This document shows positions 18,615-27,667 of a stretch of 64,000 nt of DNA, piece by piece. A program made the translations under genes and the position numbers. A model generated the notes under the pieces. That model searched no databases, was not told the DNA's origin, and saw nothing but the letters and a program-made list of their open reading frames with translations. Origin of the DNA: Patescibacteria group bacterium. GTDB taxonomy: Bacteria > Patescibacteriota > Minisyncoccia > UBA6257 > 1-14-0-10-40-38. Location of the stretch: the NCBI GenBank assembly GCA_038064975.1, contig JBBTRX010000002.1, positions 64,880 through 128,879 on the forward strand. The letters are read 5' to 3'. Each line of letters begins with the position of its first letter. The first letter of the stretch is position 1.

Positions 18615-19274
18615 CTAGCTTCGCTCCTCCACCTCCACCAGTTCAGTGAATACGACGATTCTCTTGTCGTAGAGTTTTTTGCTTTTAATCCAGTTTCCTC
18701 CGCAGGTAATTAAATTAAGTCGAGCTTTGGTAGAATCACCAGAAAAGATATCACCCGCAGGAGCATTGTAGTCATAGGTTTTTATCTCTACGACCATAAA
18801 TTTAAATATTCTCCCCTCTTTATCTATCACCTCTACCAGATCGTCCGGCTTGAGGTTTTTAAGATTATAAAAAACAGCTTGCGGGACTTTTATACCATCC
18901 AAGTGCCCCGCGATAACCGCGCTTCCCGGTGTCCCTGGGCGGACGCCTCCGTTGTACCACGCAACATCCGTAAAGTTTGAAGGGATACCCATCGTACCGT
19001 TACCGGTTTTAGAAAGCCCTACACTTTGAATTGCGGCATCTACACCGATAATAGGAATGGAAAGCCGTATGGGTTCGGCAGGCTCCTGGAAGGAAAAGCC
19101 AAGGCCACCCGGGAGCGAACCGGTTATTGGCTTTAGTCCTCCTCCCAGAAAATCGTACACCGTCCCGCCGCGCGTTTGGAGAAAAACCGAAAGGCCTGCG
19201 GAAAGCAGGCCCACCCCAAGCGATATGAGAATCACTGTTTTCCAAGAAAATATTTTTTTAGAAGTAGTGTTCAT
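18615..19274 (-). CDS. Class F sortase
   Basis: N-terminal TM, PG..GSAVIAGHLD, LNLITCGG, catalytic Arg. Confidence 0.9.
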   Translation of the reverse strand: MNTTSKKIFSWKTVILISLGVGLLSAGLSVFLQTRGGTVYDFLGGGLKPITGSLPGGLGFSFQEPAEPIRLSIPIIGVDAAIQSVGLSKTGNGTMGIPSNFTDVAWYNGGVRPGTPGSAVIAGHLDGIKVPQAVFYNLKNLKPDDLVEVIDKEGRIFKFMVVEIKTYDYNAPAGDIFSGDSTKARLNLITCGGNWIKSKKLYDKRIVVFTELVEVEERS

Positions 19275-19304
19275 ATCGTTTGAGAATTTCGGTAGTTTCT
19301 AGAT

Positions 19305-19907
19305 TTACTGATTGTAGCCACCTCCAGTGTTTGGAAGGCCTGGAGTTCCTGCAGCAGACAAGACGTTTACTGCGCAAGTTGAGCTAAGCTCTCCACTTCG
19401 TACCGTGATCGTTTTAGATCCGAGTGACGCAAAATTCGCGGTAAAGTTTGTGCCATTCGGATTCGTAATTACGAGATCCGGAGATGACCAAACATACGCA
19501 CCATTACCCCCTGTTGCTGAGAACGTAGCAGTCCGTCCCAAGACGACATTCTGCGATGTTGGCAAACACATAAGGTTACCTGTTGAAGTCGCTGTCGTGA
19601 CAGTCACACCACATGTTGCAGTTTGATTGCCGCTCGTTACGACTACTGAATAGGTTCCCGGATTCGGATAGCTCACGCTAAATTGGCTGCCCGTTGGGTT
19701 GGTAACATTTAAGTTCTGTCCGGACCAAACATAGGATCCTGTGCCGCCTGTCGCGGTCAAGGTTGCTGATTGATTGGTCATCACAGAAGATGCTGACATG
19801 TTACATGCGAGTGGAGTTGCCGTTTGCGCGAAAACGAAACTACCAAGACTCATAGCACCAATCGCAAGAATTGCTGCGATCGATAAAAACAAATATTTTT
19901 GATTCAT
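19305..19907 (-). CDS. Secreted two-repeat Ig-like protein with terminal LPNTG motif (probable sortase substrate)
   Basis: Signal peptide from ATG 19907; two ATGG-x-G-x-YVWS repeats; ends PGLPNTGGGYNQ. Confidence 0.78.
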   Translation of the reverse strand: MNQKYLFLSIAAILAIGAMSLGSFVFAQTATPLACNMSASSVMTNQSATLTATGGTGSYVWSGQNLNVTNPTGSQFSVSYPNPGTYSVVVTSGNQTATCGVTVTTATSTGNLMCLPTSQNVVLGRTATFSATGGNGAYVWSSPDLVITNPNGTNFTANFASLGSKTITVRSGELSSTCAVNVLSAAGTPGLPNTGGGYNQ

Positions 19908-20209
19908 ATGAGTAAATTTGATTGTGTTAATAAACGTTAATGTAATATGGATTTTCCGACCTTTACCACGAAACAATGAAGTCGAAATAGGACTCTCATT
20001 GTTACGGAAGATCATGTGCGCGCCCCTAAGGACTGCCGGACACACAATTCACTTCATTAACTAATAGCACCAGGCATATGAACATGCCGTGAAAAGAATG
20101 CTTCTTTTCGTGGATAAAAAATATACCCATGGCTTTGGGTATATTTTAGTCTCGTGATAATGAGGCGGAGATGAATTAGAACAAATTCTCGCTCCACCTT
20201 CGTATTTTC

Positions 20210-20485
20210 CTATAATGGCTCTACCACATCTAAGTTCTGTTGCTCGTAATCCTTATACGGCTCAATGTCCTGAATTTTCAAGTTAAGCATTTCACGAGCT
20301 CTCATGCGCGAGATATTCAACGATTGCCATTTCGAGAAATAGAGAGAATGAAGGTCTTGCACGTGCCAATACAATTCTCGAGCAAAGCCCTTTCTTAAAT
20401 CTTCATTTGAAATATCTAATACTATTAAAGTATTGGATTGTGAGTTTTGGGTATCCATAACTATTAGCAACACCCGAGAACCCAA
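20210..20485 (-). CDS. Hypothetical protein
   Basis: Short ORF behind tRNA-Leu. Confidence 0.4.
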   Translation of the reverse strand: MGSRVLLIVMDTQNSQSNTLIVLDISNEDLRKGFARELYWHVQDLHSLYFSKWQSLNISRMRAREMLNLKIQDIEPYKDYEQQNLDVVEPL

Positions 20486-20498
20486 AAAAGTTTAATAG

Positions 20499-20583
20499 TG
20501 GTGCCCGGGGTGGGACTCGAACCCACAAGCCTTGCGGCACATCATCTTAAGTGATGCGCGTCTGCCAATTTCGCCACCCGGGC
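20499..20583 (-). tRNA. tRNA-Leu(TAA)
   Basis: Anticodon arm CATCA-CT-TAA-GA-TGATG, long variable arm, encoded CCA. Confidence 0.93.
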
Positions 20584-20590
20584 ATTGTAT

Positions 20591-21070
20591 TTATTTTTTT
20601 CTTCCGCCTCTTCCCCTGTGACGGGGTGTCAAACTATGACAATTTGGACAAAGAACTCTAAGGTTCTCTAATCGATTATCCGTACGATCCCCATTGATAT
20701 GATCAAGCTCCAAAGGGAGATATCCATCTTGAGTTTTCTCTGCCCAATTGCATTGTTCGCAATATTCTGGCTTCAATTTAACACTAAAAAGACGTTTCTT
20801 CAATTTAAAGCTTTGAAATAAACTATTCTTAACTAAAATCTTTTCTAGAGGAATAATTGGCTTCCCAATTCCACGCAATCCTTTATTCCACGCCTTTCCG
20901 GTAAAATGACTTATATTTAAATTATATTCTTTAATATATCGTTTGATTTGAGCGTAATTTCCTCCCGCATCACGCAAATTTAGCTTAACTAAAATTTGCC
21001 GAAAGCTCTTTGAGCTTTTTACTGCATTCTTTAATTGAATAGCGGTCCAACCTCTTGTTCGTCCCGGCAT
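20591..21070 (-). CDS. HNH endonuclease (free-standing, homing-endonuclease-like)
   Basis: CEQC...LELDHINGDRTDNRLENLRVLCPNCH. Confidence 0.9.
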   Translation of the reverse strand: MPGRTRGWTAIQLKNAVKSSKSFRQILVKLNLRDAGGNYAQIKRYIKEYNLNISHFTGKAWNKGLRGIGKPIIPLEKILVKNSLFQSFKLKKRLFSVKLKPEYCEQCNWAEKTQDGYLPLELDHINGDRTDNRLENLRVLCPNCHSLTPRHRGRGGRKK

Positions 21071-21146
21071 ATTATAAATATATCAAAACGGTAAACGCAT
21101 ATCAATGCGCTATTTTATACGTCTACCATATAAAAGTTATCCACTG

Positions 21147-21218
21147 AGGCACGGGCGGGAATCGAACCCGCGTATAGAGATTTTGCAGATCTCAGCCTTA
21201 CCACTTGGCTACCGTGCC
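21147..21218 (-). tRNA. tRNA-Cys(GCA)
   Basis: Anticodon arm GAGAT-CT-GCA-AA-ATCTC, U discriminator. Confidence 0.93.
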
Positions 21219-21270
21219 ATATTAAATTATTTATTTCTATTTAGCGAAATCCACCCTTGCCTGGACCCTG

Positions 21271-21301
21271 TCCGCCTTCGGCGGAACTTGGCTACCGTGC
21301 C
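21271..21301 (-). repeat. Duplicate of tRNA-Cys 5' end plus mini-hairpin
   Basis: 21286-21301 = 21203-21218; adjacent TCCGCC-TTC-GGCGGA. Confidence 0.75.
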
Positions 21302-21326
21302 GAAAACACTTACTACTAAGACTCGC

Positions 21327-21695
21327 CTAGGAGGCAGCCTGTTCATTATTATCCTCCTCAAGAAGCGCTTTTTCAACAGCAGCAGAATTTTCATTTCCGC
21401 GATCAAGTTCAAATGCTATCTGTGGCATAGGCCGTATGTTCATATCGCGATATAAAATAAACTGCAACTTTCCCTGCATAGCTTTCAATTTTTTGTATGC
21501 CTCGTGCTCCCGTTCGTTCGGGATTACGCTTACATATACTTTTGCGGTTTCAAATTTCTTACCAACTTCCACACGCGTAATTGTTACGAGAGCTCCATCA
21601 AATTCAACCTCGCGCATAATAATAAGAGACAATCTGCTCGCGATTAAACTTTCCGCGCGCTCTTTTCTGAAGAATTGCATAGCTCTATCGGGCAA
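21327..21695 (-). CDS. rbfA: Ribosome-binding factor A
   Basis: VTITRVEV...AKVYVS...P.I.F.LD; directly downstream of infB. Confidence 0.9.
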   Translation of the reverse strand: MPDRAMQFFRKERAESLIASRLSLIIMREVEFDGALVTITRVEVGKKFETAKVYVSVIPNEREHEAYKKLKAMQGKLQFILYRDMNIRPMPQIAFELDRGNENSAAVEKALLEEDNNEQAAS

Positions 21696-23181
21696 TAAGA
21701 CGATCGCCTACCTTGATTGCAACAGTTGTCTTTACGAGCAAGCCACCCTCACTCCCTTCCGGAATCTCAAGGACATTCGCGCGATCTTTTTGAAGATTGA
21801 TAATTTCCGCAGTTCCCAACTCCGATCCGCGGCGCGTAATCGTAAGCCGGGATGTTTTTTCAATTTTGCCTTTTGCAACCTTTCCTCCGATAATCTGTTC
21901 GCCAGGATTTTTCCCTCCAAACACGCCTAAGATTTCCATATCGCTTTTCACGATATCTTTGTTCAAGTTTTTAATTTCAGCCTCTAACATTTCAATGAGC
22001 GTATATACGACATCGGAATAAAACATGGTGATGTTGTGCGTTTTTGCGAGTCCCTCTGCTGCTTTGTTCGGTTTCACGTGAAATCCTAAGATAAACGCGC
22101 CCGAAGGAATAGCGAGCTTTACGTCGCCGTCTGTAATCGCGCCAACACCTTCATCAATAACATGGAGTGCAACGGTTTTCGGCACCGGAAGAGATTCTAA
22201 AATATGTCGAAGCGATTCGAGCGATCCAGAGACATCACTGCGGAGAATGAGTTTGATAAGTTGTTTACCTCCACCGACATCAGTTCCTGCCTGTTTCATA
22301 CCGAGATTGTGCCGTTCAGAAACCGCACGAGAAACTTCTGTTGTCGTCGCGTCGCCTCCTGAATTAAACGTGTCTCCCACGCCCGGCAAGGATTCAAATC
22401 CAAAAATACGTACAGACATAGATGGCGTAGCCTCCTTCACACGCTCGCCTGCTACATTTTCAATACTCTTCACTTTTCCTGCGACACTTCCCGCACAAAT
22501 GCGGTCGCCCACGCGGAGTGTTCCGTTTTTTATAATAACCGAAGCAATGATGCCGACTTTGCTGTCGCGTTTTGATTCAAGAATAATTCCGTTCCCTGGA
22601 AGATTTGTGTCCACCGAAAGATCAGTCATATCTGCTGCAAGGAGCACCAGATCCAAAAGTTCATTTACGCCTTGGCCAGTCTTCGCTGATATTTCTTGAA
22701 AACTTACGCTGCCACCGTAGCCTTCCAAAAGCACGCCTTCCGTTGTAAGTTCGTTTTTAATGCGCGTCACTTCTTCCGGGGCAGTATCAACTTTATTAAT
22801 CGCGACAACAAACGGAATATTGGTTTCCGTAAGCATTTGAATTACTTCCTTGGTTTGAGGTTGTACGCCGTCATCCGCCGCAACAACAAGAATCGCGATA
22901 TCTGCAACACCCGCACCTCGCTTGCGCATCTTGGCAAACGCTTCGTGCCCCGGCGTATCAACAAATGTCATCTTTCTACCCGATTTTTCGCCACCGGAAA
23001 GATGTTCAATTTCATACGCCCCGATAGACTGTGTGATTCCCCCCGCTTCGCCTCCGGCAACATTCGTTTTGCGGATATAGTCCAACAGAGTTGTTTTGCC
23101 ATGATCAACATGCCCCAGAATAGTAACAATGGGAGGACGGCTTACAACCGGTGATTTTATTGGGGTTTGCTTGGGCGACAT
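21685..23181 (-). CDS. infB: Translation initiation factor IF-2 (short form lacking N-terminal domain)
   Basis: [37 protein letters not shown]. Confidence 0.95.
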   Translation of the reverse strand: MSPKQTPIKSPVVSRPPIVTILGHVDHGKTTLLDYIRKTNVAGGEAGGITQSIGAYEIEHLSGGEKSGRKMTFVDTPGHEAFAKMRKRGAGVADIAILVVAADDGVQPQTKEVIQMLTETNIPFVVAINKVDTAPEEVTRIKNELTTEGVLLEGYGGSVSFQEISAKTGQGVNELLDLVLLAADMTDLSVDTNLPGNGIILESKRDSKVGIIASVIIKNGTLRVGDRICAGSVAGKVKSIENVAGERVKEATPSMSVRIFGFESLPGVGDTFNSGGDATTTEVSRAVSERHNLGMKQAGTDVGGGKQLIKLILRSDVSGSLESLRHILESLPVPKTVALHVIDEGVGAITDGDVKLAIPSGAFILGFHVKPNKAAEGLAKTHNITMFYSDVVYTLIEMLEAEIKNLNKDIVKSDMEILGVFGGKNPGEQIIGGKVAKGKIEKTSRLTITRRGSELGTAEIINLQKDRANVLEIPEGSEGGLLVKTTVAIKVGDRLIAR

Positions 23182-23262
23182 AATGTTTCAAAATACCAGG
23201 AAAACAAGGAAAAGGCAAGGAAATATTGATAAAACAAGCCAATTCTTCTATGCTGTCTTGGC

Positions 23263-23332
23263 ATGGAGGCGTGGCTGCCTGTCCGACAAAGCTTAAGCGA
23301 CGGCGGAAGCGGTGAAACCCAAAGCCACGCTT
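23263..23332 (+). repeat. Duplicate of tRNA-Ser 5' end with inserted mini-element and inverted copy
   Basis: ATGGAGGCGTGGCTG (23263-23277 = 23349-23363), ~30-bp insert, then AGCGGT and inverted AGCCACGC. Confidence 0.72.
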
Positions 23333-23350
23333 TCTAAAAAATAATAGTAT

Positions 23351-23437
23351 GGAGGCGTGGCTGAGCGGTCTAAAGCAACACACTGCTAATGTGTTGGCCG
23401 GGAAACCGGCCCGAAGGTTCGAATCCTTCCGCCTCCG
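23351..23437 (+). tRNA. tRNA-Ser(GCT)
   Basis: Anticodon arm ACACA-CT-GCT-AA-TGTGT, long variable arm. Confidence 0.93.
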
Positions 23438-23493
23438 CAGTAGCAAAAAATAGCACTCCTTGTGAGTGCCATTTTTGATATAGTGAAGTGAAT

Positions 23494-23566
23494 GATTCGA
23501 ACCGCGGGCCGCAGACTCCGAAGAGGAGTCGAAGGTTTCGAGATCAGCAGACCGAGAGGCGAATCC
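23494..23566 (+). repeat. Divergent tRNA-anchored element downstream of tRNA-Ser
   Basis: After the terminator: inverted T-loop GATTCGAACC, different hairpin core, short direct CGAATCC. Confidence 0.5.
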
Positions 23567-23599
23567 AATTCCTTGATCAAAATTTAAAAATCCAATTCT

Positions 23600-23827
23600 A
23601 TGAAAGAAGAAAAACGAACAGAATATATTAAAAAGATTACTTCATTCTTTTTAGACCATAGAAGCGAAGAGATAGGTGTTATCGCCGCTGGAGAGGTATT
23701 GGATTTTTTTGCAGAAGATATAATAGCAAAAGATTTCTACGAACAAGGTATTAGAGATGTAAAGAAATTACTCAAAGAAAAGATGGAAGACTTAGAGATG
23801 GAAATGGATTTAATATCTGAGCAATAA
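23600..23827 (+). CDS. DUF2164 family protein
   Basis: EEIG.IAA.EVLDFF...FYEQGIRD pattern. Confidence 0.75.
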   Translation: MKEEKRTEYIKKITSFFLDHRSEEIGVIAAGEVLDFFAEDIIAKDFYEQGIRDVKKLLKEKMEDLEMEMDLISEQ

Positions 23828-23860
23828 TACAGGAGTAAGAAATAATACCCACAAAGGGTA

Positions 23861-24592
23861 TTATTTCTTCACATCCCCTCCTAAGCCAACAGTGCCGGGA
23901 GCAATACTTTTCATAATACCTTTTTCAGTGCTTTGCAGAGGATTCGCTTTCAAGAGACGCGCATAGTATACAAGATTCCGCGCCATAACACGTGCCATAG
24001 CAGTAGTGGATTTTTGTTTGCGAAAAAATTTGAGCAGTTTTGTTTTGTTTTCCGAATACGGACCAAGGTAGGAAAGCGAACATGCGGGCGGAAGCGTGAG
24101 GCCATTCCACAGCATGAAATCGCACAGATTGCCGATCACGTGCTGCGCTCCGTCTTCAGCGCCAGTAATTACCATGCCTCCAATTTTGTTTGCCAGCTCT
24201 GATTTGCCGGTTTCTAAGAGTTCGTCATTTAACGCATCCATGCGCTCAATACATCGCTGTAACAGCGACGAATGAGTCCCCCACCAAATAGGCGTGGCAA
24301 AAATAATTATATCTGCGGCAAATATTTTAGCGAGAATTTTTGGCCAGTCATCCCCTTTTCCTTCATTACTTTCTACACCTGGCTTGATGCGATAATTAAC
24401 AAGGCGCACTACTTCGCCCTTCACGTTGTAGGGACTCAAATGTTCCAGAAGAATCTCGGAAAGTGCTTGAGTGTGTGAGAACGCTGGAGCAGACTTCAAT
24501 GTGCCGAGCAAAACAAGCGCACGCAGAGTTTTGTTCTGTGGATCTAAAAATTCTTCTGTACTATGAGCCCGAGATTTTTTATTTATTTGCAT
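23861..24592 (-). CDS. Flavodoxin-like NAD(P)H-dependent oxidoreductase
   Basis: DDWP, ADIIIFATPIWWG, ITGAEDGAQH. Confidence 0.85.
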   Translation of the reverse strand: MQINKKSRAHSTEEFLDPQNKTLRALVLLGTLKSAPAFSHTQALSEILLEHLSPYNVKGEVVRLVNYRIKPGVESNEGKGDDWPKILAKIFAADIIIFATPIWWGTHSSLLQRCIERMDALNDELLETGKSELANKIGGMVITGAEDGAQHVIGNLCDFMLWNGLTLPPACSLSYLGPYSENKTKLLKFFRKQKSTTAMARVMARNLVYYARLLKANPLQSTEKGIMKSIAPGTVGLGGDVKK

Positions 24593-24708
24593 TCGTTAAT
24601 CTCCTATTAACTACGGATCTCGGTGAAAAGCATATGAAGAATGATGCGTTTTATTCGTATTGTATGATACTCTTTTTCTAGAACCCCTCACTACAAAGGA
24701 AGTGAACC

Positions 24709-25176
24709 ATGAAATTATCCACACTCTGCTTCTGTGTGCGCGACGACCAGGTTCTCCTGGCCATGAAAAAGCGCGGTTTCGGACAAGAAAAATGGAATGG
24801 ATATGGCGGTAAAGTTACCGAGAAAGAAACTCCGCGAACTGCCGCTGTTCGGGAAATCAAAGAAGAGTCTGACTTATCCGTCTCCGAAGAAGCGTTGAAA
24901 CAAGTTGGTTTGATAAATTTCTACTTTGATGGCGATCACGCTTTTGAGTGCCATGTTTTTCTCGTACGAGAGTGGCAGGGAGAACCTCAAGAATCAGATG
25001 AAATGAGGCCGTGCTGGTTTTCAGCCTCACAACTCCCCTTTGAAAAAATGTGGGTGGCTGACGTGTTGTGGCTCCCTCTTGTTCTTGCCGGGAAGAAACT
25101 GAAAGCGGAAGTGAATTTCAACAAAGATGGGAGTGAAGTAAAATCTTTCTCCTACGAAGAAACAGAATTTAATTGA
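24709..25176 (+). CDS. NUDIX hydrolase (8-oxo-dGTP diphosphatase, MTH1-like)
   Basis: KKRGFG..KWNGYGGK, AVREIKEE, ESDEM.P.WF, MW..D. Confidence 0.9.
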   Translation: MKLSTLCFCVRDDQVLLAMKKRGFGQEKWNGYGGKVTEKETPRTAAVREIKEESDLSVSEEALKQVGLINFYFDGDHAFECHVFLVREWQGEPQESDEMRPCWFSASQLPFEKMWVADVLWLPLVLAGKKLKAEVNFNKDGSEVKSFSYEETEFN

Positions 25177-25372
25177 ATCGGGTCTCGTGATTACCGTCAC
25201 CGAGGCCCGTTTTTTTATGGCAAGAAATTGGAGTGGATCGCTTACGGAGCGAGTTAGTGAACGACGTTAGAACCTATTATGGCAGTGTTGAAGAAAGATT
25301 TTTGTGCCCAGCTTTATATATAAAAACCGCCGCAAGGCTGATACCTTGGGCGGTCTTGAGCGCTGATCGTTG

Positions 25373-25720
25373 CTATCTCGTTTTAACTTCCCGAAATAAT
25401 TCTCTCTCAAAGCAATGCTTCAGGAGAGCGAGGAGTTTCTCTCGGTAGGGATAACTACCGAGATAGATCTCGGTATTGCATTTGGGGCATTGAATGTCAC
25501 AAACGTCACGTTCTGAAAACAACCAATCACCCCCACCATGTGGTCTTGGACGCATATAGGTTCTTTGGATAAAAATCCACGAAGACACTTTGCTCTTTTT
25601 GCCACACTTCGTGCAGAGGATAAGCGTGTTTCGGATGATATTCCGATGCTCTTCTCTAAGGTTCTTTTGATCCTGTTTGAGTTCATGAAGCTTACGCTCC
25701 ACAGCGACGATCCTTCTCAT
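25373..25720 (-). CDS. Hypothetical zinc-ribbon protein
   Basis: CTKC...CPKC, AGGAGG RBS. Confidence 0.65.
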   Translation of the reverse strand: MRRIVAVERKLHELKQDQKNLREEHRNIIRNTLILCTKCGKKSKVSSWIFIQRTYMRPRPHGGGDWLFSERDVCDIQCPKCNTEIYLGSYPYREKLLALLKHCFERELFREVKTR

Positions 25721-25909
25721 ATAAACCTCCTTTCAAGGTTCTAAAGAAAACAATACACCATTGCTTTAATAATCACAAAATTGACAATTACTTGTTAAAT
25801 CGCCTTAGGGCTTTTTTAGAATAAAAACGATAATTTTTATAAAATTTGAAATATAATTAACAGGCGAGCCTCGCCCAAAGCTGAACTATTTAAAATTAAT
25901 AAGGAAGCT

Positions 25910-26032
25910 TTGAGCGGGGTAGAGAGTCTCACATCGTCCGGCTCTGCCGGACTCTTTGAAACCCAGCGGTTTCAACAGCTTCCGCATCGGGGAAACTACC
26001 GATTTCCCCGACCCCCTTCCCGTTCGATTCTC
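25910..26032 (-). repeat. tRNA-anchored element, core type 1 (distal copy behind tRNA-Gly)
   Basis: TGAGCGGGGTA duplicate, core near-identical to 5271-5375 and 59619-59727. Confidence 0.9.
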
Positions 26033-26085
26033 TTCTTACTCATTCCAAATAAAATGACTCACTATCACGGTGAGTCATTTTACGT

Positions 26086-26243
26086 TGAGCGGGGTACGAG
26101 AGTCTCACGTCGTCCGGCTCTGCCGAACTCCTTAAAACCCATCGGTTTTAACTCGCTCACTTCGTTCGCTTTTCCGCCTCGGAGAAACTTCCGTTTCCCC
26201 GACCCTGCCTACCGGTAGGCAGGCCCCTTCCTGTTCGATTCTC
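26086..26243 (-). repeat. tRNA-anchored element, core type 1 (proximal copy behind tRNA-Gly) with nested palindrome
   Basis: 16-bp duplicate 26086-26101 = 26299-26314; nested CCTGCCTACCGGTAGGCAGG at 26204-26223. Confidence 0.9.
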
Positions 26244-26300
26244 TCTTTACTCATTCATAACAAAAACAACCCATCGCAAGAATGGACTGTTTTTGTTATG

Positions 26301-26371
26301 AGCGGGGTACGAGAATCGAACTCGCGGCTCGACCTTGGCAAGGTCGCGTATTACCACTATACTAACCCCGC
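26301..26371 (-). tRNA. tRNA-Gly(GCC)
   Basis: Anticodon arm CGACC-TT-GCC-AA-GGTCG. Confidence 0.93.
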
Positions 26372-26384
26372 AAAATTACTTTAT

Positions 26385-26549
26385 TTATTGTGGAGGAAGT
26401 CCTTGTGGACCTTTGACGTAAGGATCTCCCGTAGGACCAATGAAGCCGTTTGTATCGGTTGGTGCCGCAGACTCTTGAGGTCGGAATAACACTACCACTA
26501 GTAGCGCCCCCACGATGACAAGCGCAAGCACAATAACAATTGTCTTCAT
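26385..26549 (-). CDS. Small single-TM protein (54 aa, not in ORF track)
   Basis: MKTIVIVLALVIVGALLVVVLFRPQESAAPTDTNGFIGPTGDPYVKGPQGLPPQ. Confidence 0.6.
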   Translation of the reverse strand: MKTIVIVLALVIVGALLVVVLFRPQESAAPTDTNGFIGPTGDPYVKGPQGLPPQ

Positions 26550-26585
26550 GTAAGTTATTTAACTATATTTGAGCTTCGAATGCAA

Positions 26586-26617
26586 ATAAAAAACGGACGC
26601 CGGTTAGGGAGTCCGTT
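26586..26617 (-). terminator. Terminator after RT gene
   Basis: AACGGAC...GTCCGTT stem followed by U tract on the minus strand. Confidence 0.6.
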
Positions 26618-26659
26618 GTTGGGAAGGTGGGCTACTCAAAACTGATTCGCCCATTTGTA

Positions 26660-27598
26660 TTAGCGTTGGTATGAGTGGTAGGTGTTGAGCAGTTTCTTTT
26701 CGGTCTGATTCAGTTCCAAGCCATTATCTTTGTAGAATTGGGCGATATAGAGGAAGAGACTCATCATCCCCTGGATTTTTGCCGACGAGACTTCGCCTTT
26801 TCTCATTGCCAGATTGAGAGCTCCCCGCACTCTCCGAAAATATGCGCGAGGGACGAAGATTCTACCATCTTCTGCAATCCCGATACCTGTTACGACAACA
26901 GGTCTTTTTGTAAGATCCACGCAATCAGATTTCCAGTGATTAATTATGAATCCGGCTTGGTCCGCAAGTATTCGTATCTTGCGACGCGTACTCGCCACAA
27001 TGGGATTTGGTGAAGAGAAGGTCAGGTCATCAATATAGCGCGTATACGTAATCCCAAATTCTTCACATAGATCACCAATATCTCCATCCAAGAGCGATCC
27101 CACCGAGAGATTGAAAAGATCTTGTGAGGCAGGACCGCCCGTGACCAATCCATGCTCCTTGTGAAAAAAATATTGAATGAGAAAAGCGACCAGCTCTTCT
27201 CTTTGCGACGCAAGCTTTTCATCAAGCGCAATCAACGTGTCGGCGACATGCGAGGGGAGAACGCTCCGATATGCATGGCGGAAATCAACAAGATAGAAAA
27301 ACCTATTCTCTCGATGTATGAGTGCATTATTGAGAGGAGATGATTTCGGCAATGCAGCAGTTGCATAGCGCAGAAATTGAGACCGTATCTGCTCATTGAC
27401 GTGCATAGGACTGCGCAAATGACCCAAAAATTCTCTTTGCAAATGAAGCATGCTGTTATTGGGCGCAAAAACGATACGACGCTTCGTGTGTCCGCTTAAA
27501 GGATTTTCATCGCGGATAGGAAACATCGTAAAACGAGGAGATTCCCCGTACTCGCGCTCCAATTGAGCCACGAGACTTTTCAGATTTTCAACGAGCAT
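26660..27598 (-). CDS. Retron-type reverse transcriptase (312 aa)
   Basis: ATG 27598 after AAGGAGG; R.I.AP..L..QR N-terminus, NALIH (region X), TGGPASQ, YTRYIDDLTFS, VVTG (region Y). Confidence 0.9.
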   Translation of the reverse strand: MLVENLKSLVAQLEREYGESPRFTMFPIRDENPLSGHTKRRIVFAPNNSMLHLQREFLGHLRSPMHVNEQIRSQFLRYATAALPKSSPLNNALIHRENRFFYLVDFRHAYRSVLPSHVADTLIALDEKLASQREELVAFLIQYFFHKEHGLVTGGPASQDLFNLSVGSLLDGDIGDLCEEFGITYTRYIDDLTFSSPNPIVASTRRKIRILADQAGFIINHWKSDCVDLTKRPVVVTGIGIAEDGRIFVPRAYFRRVRGALNLAMRKGEVSSAKIQGMMSLFLYIAQFYKDNGLELNQTEKKLLNTYHSYQR

Positions 27599-27667
27599 GG
27601 AAACCTCCTTGTTTTGTAGTTCTGGGGTTGGGTTTTGACTATAGTTCCTGAACTGAAGAAATGCAAA

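Noticed and set aside
19275-19304. Stop-codon readthrough fusing the LPNTG protein to the in-frame sortase TM segment
   Set aside because: A second in-frame stop (TAG) lies in the 30-bp spacer
25910-26314. CRISPR array or integrase attL/attR
   Set aside because: The repeats are tRNA fragments around a conserved core, not unique spacers; no cas or integrase gene in the window
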